This document shows, one piece after another, positions 24,613 through 37,842 of a DNA stretch of 64,000 nucleotides. The stretch is from Octopus vulgaris. Its lineage: Eukaryota. The stretch covers positions 141,980,001-142,044,000 of the forward strand of contig OX597818.1 of NCBI GenBank assembly GCA_951406725.2. The letters run 5' to 3'. The position numbers were made by a program, and so were the translations under genes. Position 1 is the first letter of the stretch; the number at the start of each line of letters is the position of its first letter. Under the pieces are notes generated by a model. It was not told where the DNA came from. It saw nothing but the letters and a program-made list of their open reading frames with translations, and made no database searches.

Positions 24613-25324
24613 TAATAGATATTTCGATACTTCAGTAATTAAGGGTTTTTTTTATATATATGCTTTCTTTTTCATGTTTAATTTAAAGCATTAACTATTC
24701 TAAATCCATTAGATCATTACTATATTTCAAGACCTTCTCAGTCATATCGTCAGAACGAAATAGTGGTCAAGTGGATTTGGTAAGCTGGGAAGCTGTATTA
24801 TTTGAAGTGACTGTGTGTTGTTCCCAAATAAAACCTATCACGATATCTAAATTTTAACATGTTTTTGTTGGGTTTTTTTTTTCCTGATTGATGTTACAAT
24901 TGCTGAATACCAGTTGCTAATGTGAAGATGTAAGATTGGCGAGAGATGAGAATATATAAGAGAACTTTTAACACGAGATCAGAGCAGCGAGGCAGCCGGT
25001 TAATCAAGAAAACCTCTGCAGTTTTTATATCTCAATTTATAAGCATGATTTGGTGCAGAAACTGCATGGAATTTTCATTTTGATTACGCCACCATACAAA
25101 TGCACCAGAACAACGACTGGCGGAAATGGGCCAAGATCACGTGATAAATCGTGGCTTTTGTCCGTTACTGGACTGACAAAGCAGAGCAACAAGTACACTC
25201 CTGCCAGTGAGTTTATTGAGAGACAAGCGAACGAAAACGATAAATAAAAAATTGTGTGAAGAATGCTTTCATGTTTGAAGCAAAAAAGTTCAGAAAAATT
25301 TGAATGCTCTTTAATGGAAATATC

Positions 25325-25533
25325 AATTTCAAATTTTGGCACAAATCCAGCAATTTCGAGGGAGGGTGTCGTTTACTTCGACCCCAGTGCTCAATTGTTA
25401 CTTAATGTATTGACCCCGAAAGGATGACAGGCAAAGTCAACCACGGAGGAATTTGAAATCAGAACATAAAGACAGATGAAAAGCCTCTAAGCATTTTGTT
25501 CGGCGTGATAACGATTCTGCCGGTTCGCCGCCG
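25325..25533 (-). mobile_element. SINE family 2
   Basis: Family core on the minus strand. Confidence 0.8.
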
Positions 25534-25909
25534 AATTGAATGGAAATATTCACGCCAAAAATTAATTTCGAAAACCATTAGAAGACAAAAGAACAATACG
25601 TGATATGCGCATAAGACATCATAGAAAGTATGTAAAGAAATCGTATGCAGAATTAGAATGAGGTGTCATACAGAAAGTTATCTGATGTGTGCATAATGGT
25701 AGGAAAAGACACCATAGAAAGTATGCAAAAAGAAATCGAACGCAGGGCGAGAGGTACTGCAAAACATTGCTCGTAGGTTTTAAAACGGGCTGCCATAATC
25801 GACAATGAAATTGCTGGGTGAAAATACTGTCAGCATGAATAAAGCATACAGGTAAATGTGTGCAGCTGACTTACACAGGATAGAAAAAGACTGTGGGTGT
25901 GTGAATAAG

Positions 25910-26066
25910 TTCAAATTCCGCCGAGGTCGACTTTGCCTTTCATCCTTTCGGGGTCGATAAATTAAGTACCAGTTACACACTGGGGTCGATGTAATCGACT
26001 TAATCACTTTGTCTGTCCTTGTTTGTCCCCTTCTGTGTTTAGCCCCTTGTGGGTAGTAAAGAAATA
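25910..26066 (+). mobile_element. 5'-truncated SINE family 2
   Basis: 14-bp TSD GGT(G/A)TGTGAATAAG (25896-25909 / 26067-26080). Confidence 0.85.
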
Positions 26067-26229
26067 GGTATGTGAATAAGGCCATAATTTTAAAACGCTG
26101 ACTGGCAATACAGCAACAAGGCACCGAATTAAAATACAAAACGAAAGTAAAAGTCATGCAACTGGAAATTCGAATAGAACATCTGTAGATATTAAAGGAA
26201 TTTTTGAAATAAAGACATTTTCTCCTTTG

Positions 26230-26703
26230 TGACTGTCTGATATAAATGTTGCCTTTAGGACATGGAGCGCATCTTGGAGAGGAACATAATTTTTAGCCCT
26301 AAACTGTTTTATTTTTATTGTTACGAATGTAGAGGAGACGCTCACTCTCAACTTTGGTATACATATGAACCAGGTATTGCTGAAATAGATCACGATACGT
26401 GTGTAATTGATTTGATTGTTCTGGTCTTAACATAGGTTGGTAAGAACAGAAGTCATTTGACGACATCTTTTTATTTGTCAGTGGCTCTCCTGTTGCAGGT
26501 TCAATCTGTGGAATATCGAAATGATGCCCATCGTGTCCATTCCACAAAATAAGAAGATACTAGAGAGCATCATAAGAGGGATGAGTCTGTGAAACACGTT
26601 TAAGATTGTTATCTTGAGCACAACTGAGAATATCACGATTTTCATGGGGATCACCTACCATAAAACGGCTATTTCATTAGATGTTGGCTCATTAAAACGG
26701 CGT
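26230..26703 (-). pseudogene. Helitron Rep (replication initiator) coding fragment
   Basis: RRFNEPTSNEIAV / VGDPHENRDIL..LKRVSQTHPSYDAL*YLL..GHDG..DLFQQYLVHMYTKVESERLLYIR / FRAKNYVPLQDAL match Helitron Rep motifs; one stop and frameshifts. Confidence 0.88.
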
Positions 26704-27396
26704 AAAATATCCTTTATTATAGAGTACTATAGCCGTAATGAACGCAGGAATACACACACATAAACACTCATACACATATGTATATATATGTGTTAATGTG
26801 TGTGTGTGTGTTTAATTGTCTAAGGCCTAACATAAAAATGATTACACATACACTCGCACTCACATACACCCTGACATACACTCACACACATATACTAGGA
26901 CGGACACATACAGATATACATTCATGCACACCTCAGGCCTATCTCTGTCCCTCTGTGTGTCTTTAGATGTGTGAATGTGTTTGTGAATGTGTATGTGTGT
27001 CTGTGTTGTGTGTCTGTATGTATGTGTCTGTGTCATTCGTCACAAAAATGTATGTATATTGACAAACAGATACACCCTCACATACACTCACACACATATA
27101 CTTATCAGTCATCTGCCTAGCGTACTTAACGAACGCGCAAACACACACACACACACACACATACACACTCATATAGAGAATGTGACGTGATTGGTAGTGG
27201 TGGTAGTGGTGGTATAAATTGTTGTTTACGATAGTTGACTTCTAGAAAGATTATGATGTTAAAGTTTTGTAATGCTAATATGTAAATGAAAAAAAGTTTA
27301 TTTGATATGCGAAAGATTACTGAATCTTTTGAATAGCCATATGTCAAAATCGGCAACTAAGTTTTCGAATGCATAAGAAACACACACACACACACA

Positions 27397-27602
27397 GACC
27401 GCGTGTGTACCGTTGGCGATTTTTTTTCCTCCGTCTTCCCTTCTTTGGATCTTTCCTTTTCCTATGTTTCTGACGAAGAGCTCCGCTCGAAACGTTAAAC
27501 CCTCCTTCTTTCCTTCTTTCCTGAGCGTCCAATAATACTATACTTGTTCCACGTCCTCGGGTTGTTGTGTTTTCTATTTGTGTTTTCATGTTTGGATTAA
27601 CT
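27397..27602 (+). mobile_element. Short Penelope-like element, family H1
   Basis: ~205 bp; end-to-end paralogue at 39205-39400 (minus); lies between (CA)n and (TA)n. Confidence 0.7.
27466..27500 (+). ncRNA. Minimal type I hammerhead ribozyme
   Basis: GTTT-CTGACGA-A-GAGC(TCC)GCTC-GAAA-CG-T-T/AAAC: full CUGANGA/GAAA core, stem I GTTT/AAAC, palindromic ACGT stem III, GUU site after 27496. Confidence 0.8.
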
Positions 27603-27695
27603 ATATATATATATATATACGTCCCTGTAACTTAGCGGTTTGACATAAGGAACGATAGAATAAGTACTTGGGGTCGATTTGGTTGAGTAAAATTC

Positions 27696-29311
27696 GGTAA
27701 ATTTATAGTTTCCCACCAGACTCGATTTTGGTACAAAATGTTTTTCCCGCGTTTTTTTTTTTTTTTTTTTTTGGTGGGGGTGCAATCGTCTTAGTTGACC
27801 TCGTAAGCTGTCGGAAATGCACTCTTTCTGCGGAAAATGGAGGGGGTGGGGTGGACCCTCGGAAATTCCCGTTCCCAACTTCGTCTCCTGCGTTTTTTTT
27901 TTTTTTCGTTGCAGTCGTCTTAATTGACCTCATACATACAATCAATTTACAGATTGCATATTCTAATTAAAATGTTTATATTTGGTTGTTCGCTGGAATG
28001 GAGCAGATTAGCAAACGTCGCTTTGTTGTTCCTCTGACTGGTCCGAAGTGTGACAAAGCGACATTGCTTCTACCTGGCTCAGTTATCAACTGTGATTCGT
28101 GGGCAACTTACAAAGATATACAAACATTGGGTTATCAGCATTACATGATAAATCACAAAGAAAATTTTGTTGACACTACACATGCACATATACACATAAA
28201 AAAGACATCGAACGTTTTTGGGCGAGATTTAAAAGAATGAGTGAAAAAGCCGGGTAGACTATCTACACTAGTACCTGGCCAGGTATTTATTTATCTCTGC
28301 TACAGAAAACGAAACAAATGCTGCACCAATGTTTTATTGAAGCAGCAAAAGGATCTTTTCCTTTTGAACGGCAGTTTTCAACACAATTTCTAGTTAACTA
28401 AACACTTTAAAACTTCGTATACTGGTAGAATGTGTCAAAATAAAACCTTTTTTTGTCTTGGCTTTCTTGAGAAAATTATAATTTGTTTGTTTAACGTAGT
28501 TTAATTTTTTCGAATTTTAACCAATGAATCGCCTCTATTGAGCTAAAAATCATTTGCTGCGTCTAAAACTGAGACAACATCCTGTCACTAACCCTAACCC
28601 AAACCCTAACCCTCACCCTAAATTTAACCTTTCGTTTTTTTTTTTTTCTTAATTGTTAAATTCATTTAAGGATAACAATTAAGAAAAAAAAACGAAAGGC
28701 TAAAACGAAAGCATTGACGGAGCAAATGATTTTAGCTCACTAGAGGCGATTCATTGGTTAAAATTCGAAAAATTAAACTACGTTAAACAAACAAATTACA
28801 ATTTTCTCAAGAAAGCCAAGAGAAAAAAATGTTTTATTTTGACACATTCTACCAGTATACGAAGTTTTAAAGTGTTTAGTTAACTAGAAATTGTGTTGAA
28901 AACTGCCGTTCAAAAGGAAAAGTTCCCAGCAAAATTATATACACCCCTCCCAGATCGCTAGAAAAAGATCGATTCCAAAACAAATCCGGAGACAGAAGAT
29001 ATACAGGACTGCCCTAGGTACCGCCCTACCCCATCCTTACGTTTTCCACGGATAAAGTGCATTTCCTACACGTTATGAGGTTAATTAAGACAACTGCAAA
29101 GAAAACAAAAAACGCATGAGACATGGTCGGAAAGGGGAATTTCCGAGGTTCCGCCACATCGCCACCCCTCCGTTTTTCCGTGGAAAGAATGCATTTCCGA
29201 CAGTTTGAGGCCAACTAAGACGATTGCACCCCACCCCCTCAAAAAAAAAAACCGCAGGAAAAATATTATTTAGTTCTGAAATCGAATCTGGTGTGAAACT
29301 ATAAATTTACC
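27696..29311 (+). mobile_element. Merlin (IS1595/ISXO2-like) DNA transposon, internally deleted
   Basis: Long imperfect TIRs starting GGTAAATTTATAGTTTC; 8-bp TSD TAAAATTC (27688-27695 / 29312-29319); ORF 27986-28240 WLFAGMEQ..LPGSVINCDSWATY..GYQHYMINHKENFVD resembles IS1595-family transposase. Confidence 0.9.
28351..28926. mobile_element. Merlin-type MITE with ~200-bp TIRs nested in the Merlin element
   Basis: TIR GGATCTTTTCCTTTTGAACGGCAG; 8-bp TSD CAGCAAAA; internal CCCTAA-like repeats. Confidence 0.9.
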
Positions 29312-29334
29312 TAAAATTCTTCGAAGCGGTGCTC

Positions 29335-29766
29335 GGATCTTTTCGGTTTGAACGGTAGTTTTTTCTAGCGGTGTCATATGAAATTATCACCCATAATTAT
29401 GACCTTAGTATCGATCTATTGCATTTCAATCTGTTTTAGGGTTAGTTAGGGTAGGGTTAGGGTTGGGGGTGGGGGGAAGGGTATCTTTTTTTCTTCACAA
29501 ATGTAAATAAACCCAATCTGTTTCTTAAACGAGGGACATATTCATACGACACAGAATGTTTTCACCTCAATAGACGTCATTGATTGGTTGAAATTGCAGA
29601 AATTGAAGAAAAAAACCCAACAAATATGTTACAAACTATAGAATTTTCTCAATAAAGCCAAGAGAAAAAGATGTTTTTAAACACATTCTACCAGTATACG
29701 AAGTTTAAAAGTGTTTAGTTACGTGGAAGTTATTTTAAAAAACTGCCGTTCAAACCGAAAAGATCC
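29335..29766. mobile_element. Related Merlin-type MITE
   Basis: TIR GGATCTTTTCGGTTTGAACGG; 8-bp TSD CGGTGCTC; internal TTAGGG-like repeats. Confidence 0.9.
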
Positions 29767-29899
29767 CGGTGCTCCAGTATGGCCGCAGTCAAATGACTGA
29801 AACAAATAGATAAATATATACCTAAATGATATGTCGTTGTAAGTCTGAGTATTTCCGACTTCTTATTTCGTTTTATCACCTGTATTTATTCAGTCCTTT

Positions 29900-30410
29900 A
29901 TTTTCTTTTTAACTTCCCCCTAACCGGTTGGTCGGTCAGCTAAAGTTTACCTGTATTAAAAGTCTCAAGAGACGATACAACAAAAGCCGTACAACAACAC
30001 GATTAACAGTAGTAGTAGTAGTAGTAGCAGCAGCAGTTGAAGTAGTCTTTATTTATTTTTTTTTTTTCTTGTGTAGTCGTCATATCCATACTTATCACCT
30101 GTCCCCATTTCGCTGCGAAATTTATTTTTAACCTGGAAACCTTGGCGACGAGCTTTTTAATCTATTGCTTGTTGAGTTTCATTTTTTATCCGCTCCCTCG
30201 TCCAAGGAGGGGTCTTTCTTACACGTAACATTATTTCTTGGTGTATTCAGTCGGTTTATATATTGTTTATTTATGCCACAGGTGAGTCATTTCAACTATT
30301 CCACTTAGTAAAATATTGCCGTTTGTTTACACGCGCGCGCGCACACACACATATACTAATTAACAAGGAATATTCTTTTTTTTTCCGATGTTGGTCACGT
30401 GGCGGGGCTT
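29900..30410 (+). promoter_or_regulatory. Putative promoter / non-coding first exon of a + strand gene
   Basis: TE-free and CpG-retaining; consensus donor CAG|GTGAGT at 30280/30281; E-box plus GC-box GGTCACGTGGCGGGGC near 30393-30408; CpG decay begins a few kb downstream. Confidence 0.35.
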
Positions 30411-32213
30411 TGGAATAGCTGTCAAACTGTCCTTCGAAGTCTCATACTCCATGGAAAAGGGAAAATGATGTGAAAGTGGTGGTGGTGACGATGGCGGATG
30501 TGAGAAAATAATAACTGGACTTTCGGAAGAAAAGAATTTTTTTTTTTTTCCAAAACGATGATTTTTTTTATTGTATGAAACACAGGGACATAGAAATACT
30601 TGGAACTGATGAGTGGCGAGATCCCTTTTTCCTTTCTCCATGAGGTTTGGAACTTCGAAGGACAGCTATCCCAAAACTGCTCCTAAATTCGTTATATTAA
30701 CTGACACAAAGGACGGCGGAGTTTTTTAAAAAAAAGTGGGTAGAGATTCTTACACTTTACCTCTAGCGGAAGGACTAATAAAGAATTATGAAAAATCCTT
30801 AATAAAATAAATATTATGCCCCAAACTAGGTATCACAAACACACACTTACATATCAAGGCGGATATTGTTACACCCCCGTCCATATCTACATACATACAT
30901 ACATACATACGCACATTTGTGTGTATGTACTTTTTAATTACTCTGCTTTTAACTTCCCCATAAGGTGTGTGTCACTGCGTGTATTCTCTCTTATTTACCT
31001 GTATTTCTGCTCCGAAGGATTATAAAAGAAAAGAACTAGGTATTTATTTCATCCTTTTTTATATTTCTTTCTCTTTTATATTACCTTTGTTCGTAGAAGA
31101 TTATTTATTATTGATGATATTGTTTTATCGGTTTAAATTTTTTTTTTACGTTATACTACTTCAGTGGCGTTACTCTTTCATTAAGGTTCACCGTCGTATT
31201 AGTTTCTCCTTCCCCACTTATTTCATCTTTAATTCTATAATGTATAGGTGTTGAAGTTTAAGAAACTAATACCATATATATATCGGTAATATAAACCGCC
31301 CGAGTAATGCTTTATACATTGAAAGGAAAAGAAAAGTAGATAATTGATACTTCGCTGACTATTGTTTGGTATAATATGTGGATATTGTGTCTTATACGTA
31401 CAAACTTCTCGATTCAACAGGTTTCTGAGTTAACTGTTAAATATTTTATCTCTAACGGTACTTGTTGTGTCGTTTCCACAATATTGTACCGAGCACACCT
31501 GTGGTGAAACGCTTTTTTTCTAAGATAATTATTGTTAATTTTCTTTTCATTTAATTAACTAAAAACCAGTTATACTGCGCCGCACTGGATAAAACTGACA
31601 GAAATCAGTTTTACTCTCTCGACGCTCCATGTTCGAAATTCTTTTAGAATGGAAAGTTTTAATTAATTTTTCTTTTCGCTTTTTGGTTTTTGACTTTTAT
31701 ATTTCCCAAGTTAAATTCTGAAATACCATATGGATGTGTGCGTGTGTAAACCATTTCTTAAAACCTGTCATTTGGGCTGTAAGAAACAGGAGTCAAACTC
31801 TCCCTCAAATCAGTAAATATTTTGAAAATGATCGACAATTTTGAAGGTTTAGTAAATTAACTCACTTTTCCGTTATTAAGTCAGCATTCGGAAAATATTT
31901 TCAATTATAATTTAAAACGAACATTCAGAAATGGGTCTTTTTTTTTTTTTTATATCTAACTTAGGTGAAGTAGTTAAGCTAATACCGAAAAAGAATATCT
32001 GATAACATTTGTTAAAACAAGATAATTTATTTCAACAAAACTTTTAAACAAATGGAAAGCTATTATCGAAATAATATCTGATAACAATTGTTAAAAATTT
32101 TTTAAAAAAGTTTTTAACAAAGGAAGTTTGTGAAGTTAACCTAAGTATTTATTAATTTCAAATCGACCATCTAGCTTACAAAAAAATTATCCCAAGGTAA
32201 ATACACTCACGCA

Positions 32214-32291
<78 letters not shown>

Positions 32292-33434
32292 ATGTAACCG
32301 CACACGCACACCCATTCTAAACTATGGTCGTATCGGAGTCGACAAAAGAGCGAGTGTTAAGCATTACTAATCGCTGCTGAAATATATTTAAATATTTTTC
32401 ATAGCTGAGATACTCCCAGTTTAACTTTTAAAACAAGAACTTATAAACTTCAGGCTCTATTTATGAACATTTTAGTTGCTTTTCTAACGGCCAATTTTCG
32501 ATCTTAGACAATAACTGAACACTCAGATAAAACTGTCCATTATGGAATTTTCACTCTAATTTATAATTTCTTTTCTATTTTACTGGTTTCAATCAGATGC
32601 CGATACTATGCTTCGGTACCGCCTTTAATTTAAGAAATTTTTTAGTATGTTCCACACTCTGATTTAGAAATGGAAAAGTTACGTTTCACTAAACTTTCCA
32701 AATTATTTTCTAAATAGTTGAAACGCGCAAGTAATGTATTTTATGAGAAATAATGGTGGCGAAAAGTTTAAAGAGGTAACTGGTTACCTTTTAGTTTGTG
32801 TAAACCAATCAACTTATGTAGCATTCATGTACCGGAGAAGATTAAGATTTAATATTGTTTAAAGGTCTAGAATGTAAATGTAATTAACATAGACTAAGAC
32901 CTAATATTCCAGCCCCGTCTGTAAAAAGATATTTGGAATTGTGCTCAGTCCAAATATTAGGAGGGCGGAAGAATGACAAATTTGTTATAACGTCTGACTA
33001 AATGGCTTATGATGAATAGTGGTGGTTCTTTACGTTCTGAGTTCAAATTTCGTCGAGGTCAACTACTGCCTTAAATCTTCCCGGGGTCAATCAAGTAACA
33101 AGGTCGATAAAATCAACCAAATCTTCTAAAATATTTCAGGTATGAAGCATGCTATACCTTACTCAAAAAAAAAAAAAAAAAAACTTAGCAGGGCTCATAT
33201 AGAGTACCCAGTGGTTCTTGTATACTACCGTTACTTTCTGAGTTCAAATCCCACCAAAGTCAATTTTGCATTTCATTTTGCACATAACTACTATAAAAAT
33301 GAGCGACTAATCAAGTAACCAACGTCGATATAATCGATTGTTCATCTTCTATCTCCGAAATATTTGGCCCTGTGCCAGTGCTAGAAATCTTTGTCTTCCA
33401 TTATTATTCCAGCAATATCAACTATACATAATAT

Positions 33435-33670
33435 CAGTGGTTCCCAAAGTGGGCGGTACATACCCCTTGGGTACAGTGGAAGGATCTGGGGTGGGGGTCG
33501 TTGAAGAAAATGTGAGACGATAATGGATTAATTAGGTCAAGTTTTATTTGTGAAATACAGTTGTCTTGAATTTGCTGCAGAAAGTGGTGTATGTTTGTGG
33601 TATGAAGGGTGCTAGGAATGTGGCCTGGGTATCAAGGGGGCGGCTGCCTGAAATAGTTTGTGAACGGCTG
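33435..33670. mobile_element. Decayed hAT-type MITE
   Basis: Ends CAGTGGTTCCCAAAGT ... AGTTTGTGAACGGCTG. Confidence 0.6.
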
Positions 33671-35067
33671 CACTGTATGAATGGAAGTCAGCCCTAGTAC
33701 TTTATTTTATCTATCTCGGTGGATTAAAGGAAAGTTGATTTCGATTGCGTTCGAACACAGTACGTGAAAGAGCCGTAACTAAATACCGTTAGTCGTTATT
33801 TTTCCGACCTAACAATTCGGCCAATCTCACACTGCGATGTATGTGAGAAATAGTCAAATGAGGTCAATATGCTAATGTCTATCGTCATTCTAATAAAACC
33901 TTTTATCTTTCAGCAATCTTTCGTTTTTAGCCCTTTCGGCAATCTTTAGTTTTGATTTAAAACGAATTGTCTTCTGATAAACTGTCATGCTGTTTCTTTG
34001 ATAATTACACATGACTGTGGAATGCTCAACCACTTCCACGTTAATTCAGGAGCAAGTAATTCTGTTAATCGACCTACTGAATCCTAATTATCGAGCGACG
34101 AAGATCCACAACTCTCCCTTGAAGGAAGAGCAAGGGCTCTAGACAGATTTTCCTCTTCTCATAGCAATCTAGCCTATAGGTTTTCTAGCTCTCCTAATTT
34201 GGGATACCCACGCAACAGATTACATGAGAATTTATTGTGAAATTTTTTTCGAAGGAGGGGCAAAGAGTTTTGAATAATTCAAATAAGTCGACTTTATTTC
34301 TAAATAACTTTCAGAAAAATGGATATTTTTTAATGATATTTTCTACGAACATCTTTCGGGTTGGTGTAGATTATCATTATATAGGGTTTTATAGGGATAG
34401 GTCGCCCACAAAATCGACCGAAATTGGTCTGTGAAGGTGTGGGTGGGAAAATTTTTAAAAAATCGTCTTTCGAAGATTTTTTTTTTTTTTAATAAAAAGA
34501 TAGCCCCCGTCATTTCTAAGGGCACCGGTAAAAACATATCTGAAACCTCACCGTCAAAACAGAGAAATTCCAACTTATGTGAGCAACCTATCTCTGACAT
34601 CTGCCAAAAAAATTATTGTGAAGTACAACTTGACACTATCACATATCTACGTAGTGAAAATTGAAATTTTGAAAAAAATTGTGATTTGTGTCAGTATATA
34701 CGTGTGCACCCCCTTTTCTTTTTTCTTGCATTAAATTCTGTTATGTAATCTACACTTTTTTTTTAAGTTATGAGGAATCAAAAGTTGACTCGTGTGAATT
34801 ATCCGAAACTTCTTCCCACCCACTTTAGAATATGTTTCACAACAAATTCTGGTATAATCGGAATGAACAGTCTCAAAAGTTTTTTGTAGAAAATTTCATT
34901 TAAAAAAAATTATCATTTTTCTGAAAGCTATAAGGAAACATTTGTGAGGGCACACATATGGAAAGTTGTTTGTAGGCTTGACAGTAGCAAGGTAAATCAT
35001 TCCTTTCTTTTACGGACCGAGTGATTTATTGTAAGGTTATCTCCCTAGATAGATTGCTTTCACTACG

Positions 35068-35459
35068 GCTAAGGGTATGGCCTGGTCAGCCTGTAATGAT
35101 ATGCATAAGATCTGGTCATCAAATCTAAGTAGAGACTTCAAACTTGAAATCTTCAAAGCCACAGTCGAACCAATTGCAAATATATGGGAAACTACCACCT
35201 GTGTCATCTCTCGTGAAAGGTAGGAGAGTCCAGTTTGCTGGACATTGTTGTAGAGCTGAAAAAGAAGTAATTCTTCTCTTCTCCTCTGGAAGCCATCTAC
35301 TCACAATACCAGAGGGGGCACACTCTCCTACCCTGATGTAATCTCCAGGGATACAGGCATCCAGCAACAGGACCTCCGTAATGCCATGATGGACCGTGAA
35401 GTCTGGCGTAGCATGGTAAATTCCATGATCTCGACCATGGTCGAACAATGATGATGGTG
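35068..35459 (+). mobile_element. RTE-clade LINE 3' end, internally deleted
   Basis: KGMAWSACNDMHKIWSS..IFKATVEP / RRVQFAGHCCR..MDREVWRSMV; (TGA)n tail. Confidence 0.8.
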
Positions 35460-36039
35460 ATTCCTTTCTTAGAGTAATATACAGCTTTTGTGCACACCTA
35501 GTATCCATTGGTGTTTCAATACTCTAGTTGTCAGGACTTTGTGATGAGGATCGTATCACTTTGTCTTAACTAAATACTGCCACTAGTCATTGTTCGTGAA
35601 ATTAAATGGCTGTCTATATTAGTTGTGAAGTTATATGTTGTCTCTTTGTTTACTTAAGAAGTTACATGTCTCTCTAGTTGTTTAATTCCATGAAGATTTT
35701 TTTTTAAATTTGTCTTCAAGAGTTAATTTTAAGCAGTAAAGCTAAAAATATTGAAATCCCAAGGAGTCTTTACTTTGCCATGCAGGTCATTACCAGAAGC
35801 TCAGTGGTCATGTGACATACCTGTCTTAACATTCTCAAATCACAAAAGAAAAAAAGAAAGCAAATGGGAACACTGTACCCCAATCCTTATTTTCCATAAT
35901 TTTTTCAATTCTGACTTTCTTTTGAAATCTTTGTTTTTTTTCTTCTTCCTGATTTATATTTTAAAACATCTGAAGATTTTTATCTGAAACATTTTTCAAA
36001 AGTGTCAAAATTTTAAAATGTTGGAATATACCTGTTAAG

Positions 36040-36360
36040 TGAAGGCACATAGCTCAGTGGTTAGAGCATCAAAGTCACAATCATGAGGTAGTGAGTTTCA
36101 TTCTTGGACCTTGCTGTTTGTTGTGTTCTTGAGCAAGACACTTCGTTTCATATTGCTCCAATTCACTGAGCTCTAGAAATGAGTTGTAACATCACTGTAC
36201 CAAGCTGTATTGGCCTTTGCTTTTCCCTTGGATAACATCAGTGGCATAGAGAAGGAAGGCTGGTATGCATGGGTGACTGGCCTTTCCCAAACTTGTGCCT
36301 TGGAGGGGAACTTTCTAGGTGTGATCCCATAGTCGTTCATGACCAAAGGAGGTCTTTACC
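36040..36360 (+). mobile_element. tRNA-SINE family 4, CpG-decayed
   Basis: Aligns with 39488-39822. Confidence 0.8.
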
Positions 36361-36751
36361 ATGTTTAATTTACCATCCCAGTTAAATTTTCAAAAAGATA
36401 AAATGTTACATTGGCAAGGAATCCTAACTCTGCCATTGTACAAAACATATAAACTACCAAACCTACTCAAACCATAATTCATTCCAAGATTAGCAATGGA
36501 TGCTTTTACTGGCAGTCCAGTGGCTGTGTAATGTACCTTACATTGTAACATTCTTAAATCACAAGTAAGCAAGTATTATAGTTTACACATTTTGCTTATC
36601 CCTGGATTACAGGATTAAAAAATCTAGTGAATTGGTTCACTAGATAATCTCTGACTATTAGGGACACCTATGATATCTATAATTTTAAAGTTGTCCTGGT
36701 TTGATATATTTTGAAGGTTATACTTTGAGCCTATAATATTATGGTAAGGAT

Positions 36752-37470
36752 ATCATCATCATTTAATGTCTGTTGTCCACGCTGGTATGGGTTGGATGGT
36801 TTGACCAGAGCTGGGGAGCTGGACCTGACTTTAGTCTGATTCGACATGGTTTCTATAGCCAGATGCCCTTTCTAACACCACCAAGCAGAAGCACAACTGA
36901 TGCTATATTCCTGGTTAGACAACTGCAGAAGAAATATCTAGCCAAAAAGGAGGCAATGACAAGTGACCAAGACCCACGACAATATGCCATGCTTGAGAAG
37001 ACCTGTCAAGCCAAGTGAAACTGTAGTTGTGGCCAACGTCAGTGTTGTGTAACTGGCACATAAAAAGCACCCTTTTGAGTGTTGGATGATATGCTGTGCT
37101 TGAGAAGATTCGTCAAGCCAAGTGGAATTGTAGTTGTGGCTGATACCAGTGTTACATAACTGCACCCATGCTGGTGGTATGTAAAAAAACTCCCTTCAAA
37201 CGTTGGGCCCCATGGAGACAGTGATGAGTGACCAAGACCTTTGGCAATATACCGTGCTTTGTCAAGCCAAGTGAGATCATAGTTGTGGCTGATAACGGTG
37301 TTTCATAAATGGCACATGAAAAGCACCCACTACACTCTTGGAGTGGTTGGCATTAGGAAGGGCATCCAGCTGTAAAAACCAAGCAGATTGAAACCTGGTG
37401 CAGCTCGCCAGCTTACTAGTTTTCAGTCAAAGTGTCCAGCCCATACCAGCATGGAAAATGGACATTAATT
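36752..37470. mobile_element. Composite non-autonomous RTE-tailed repeat (GGCACATAAAAAGCACC sub-repeats)
   Basis: Same modules as 47100-47815 and 61020-61385; CATCATCAT..CATGCTGG-type RTE tails. Confidence 0.65.
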
Positions 37471-37800
37471 GAAGATACACACACCACATGACTGTTAAAT
37501 TACCCTTCATCTCTTGAAAGGTTTTTTTTCTTTTAACATGAAACCTTTGGCTACATGAATTAACTGTTATGAAACTAAATTTATAATATTGTGTGTATGT
37601 GTGTGTGTATACATATATGTTTATAAGTAGAGGTATAGCTGTCTGGTAAAGAAGCTTGCTTCCCAACTATATAGTCTTGAGTTCAGTCCCATTGCACAAT
37701 GTCTTGGGCAAATGTCTTCTATTGTAGACATTTTTGCTGAACCACTAAATTGTGGAGATGTAAACACACCAACACTGGTTGTTGAACAGTGGTGGAGGCA

Positions 37801-37842
<42 letters not shown>

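Noticed and set aside
28586-28625. True telomere
   Set aside because: Short, degenerate and enclosed in a TSD-flanked MITE.
31978-32130. ~80-bp imperfect tandem duplication
   Set aside because: Two AT-rich copies only; ordinary local duplication.
34300-34930. Degenerate inverted repeat (34308-34346 vs 34886-34927)
   Set aside because: Probably an old DNA transposon, but termini and TSD could not be defined.
35968-35996. CTGAAGA...GAAAC hammerhead-like string
   Set aside because: No in-register stem II or stem I; likely chance in AT-rich DNA.
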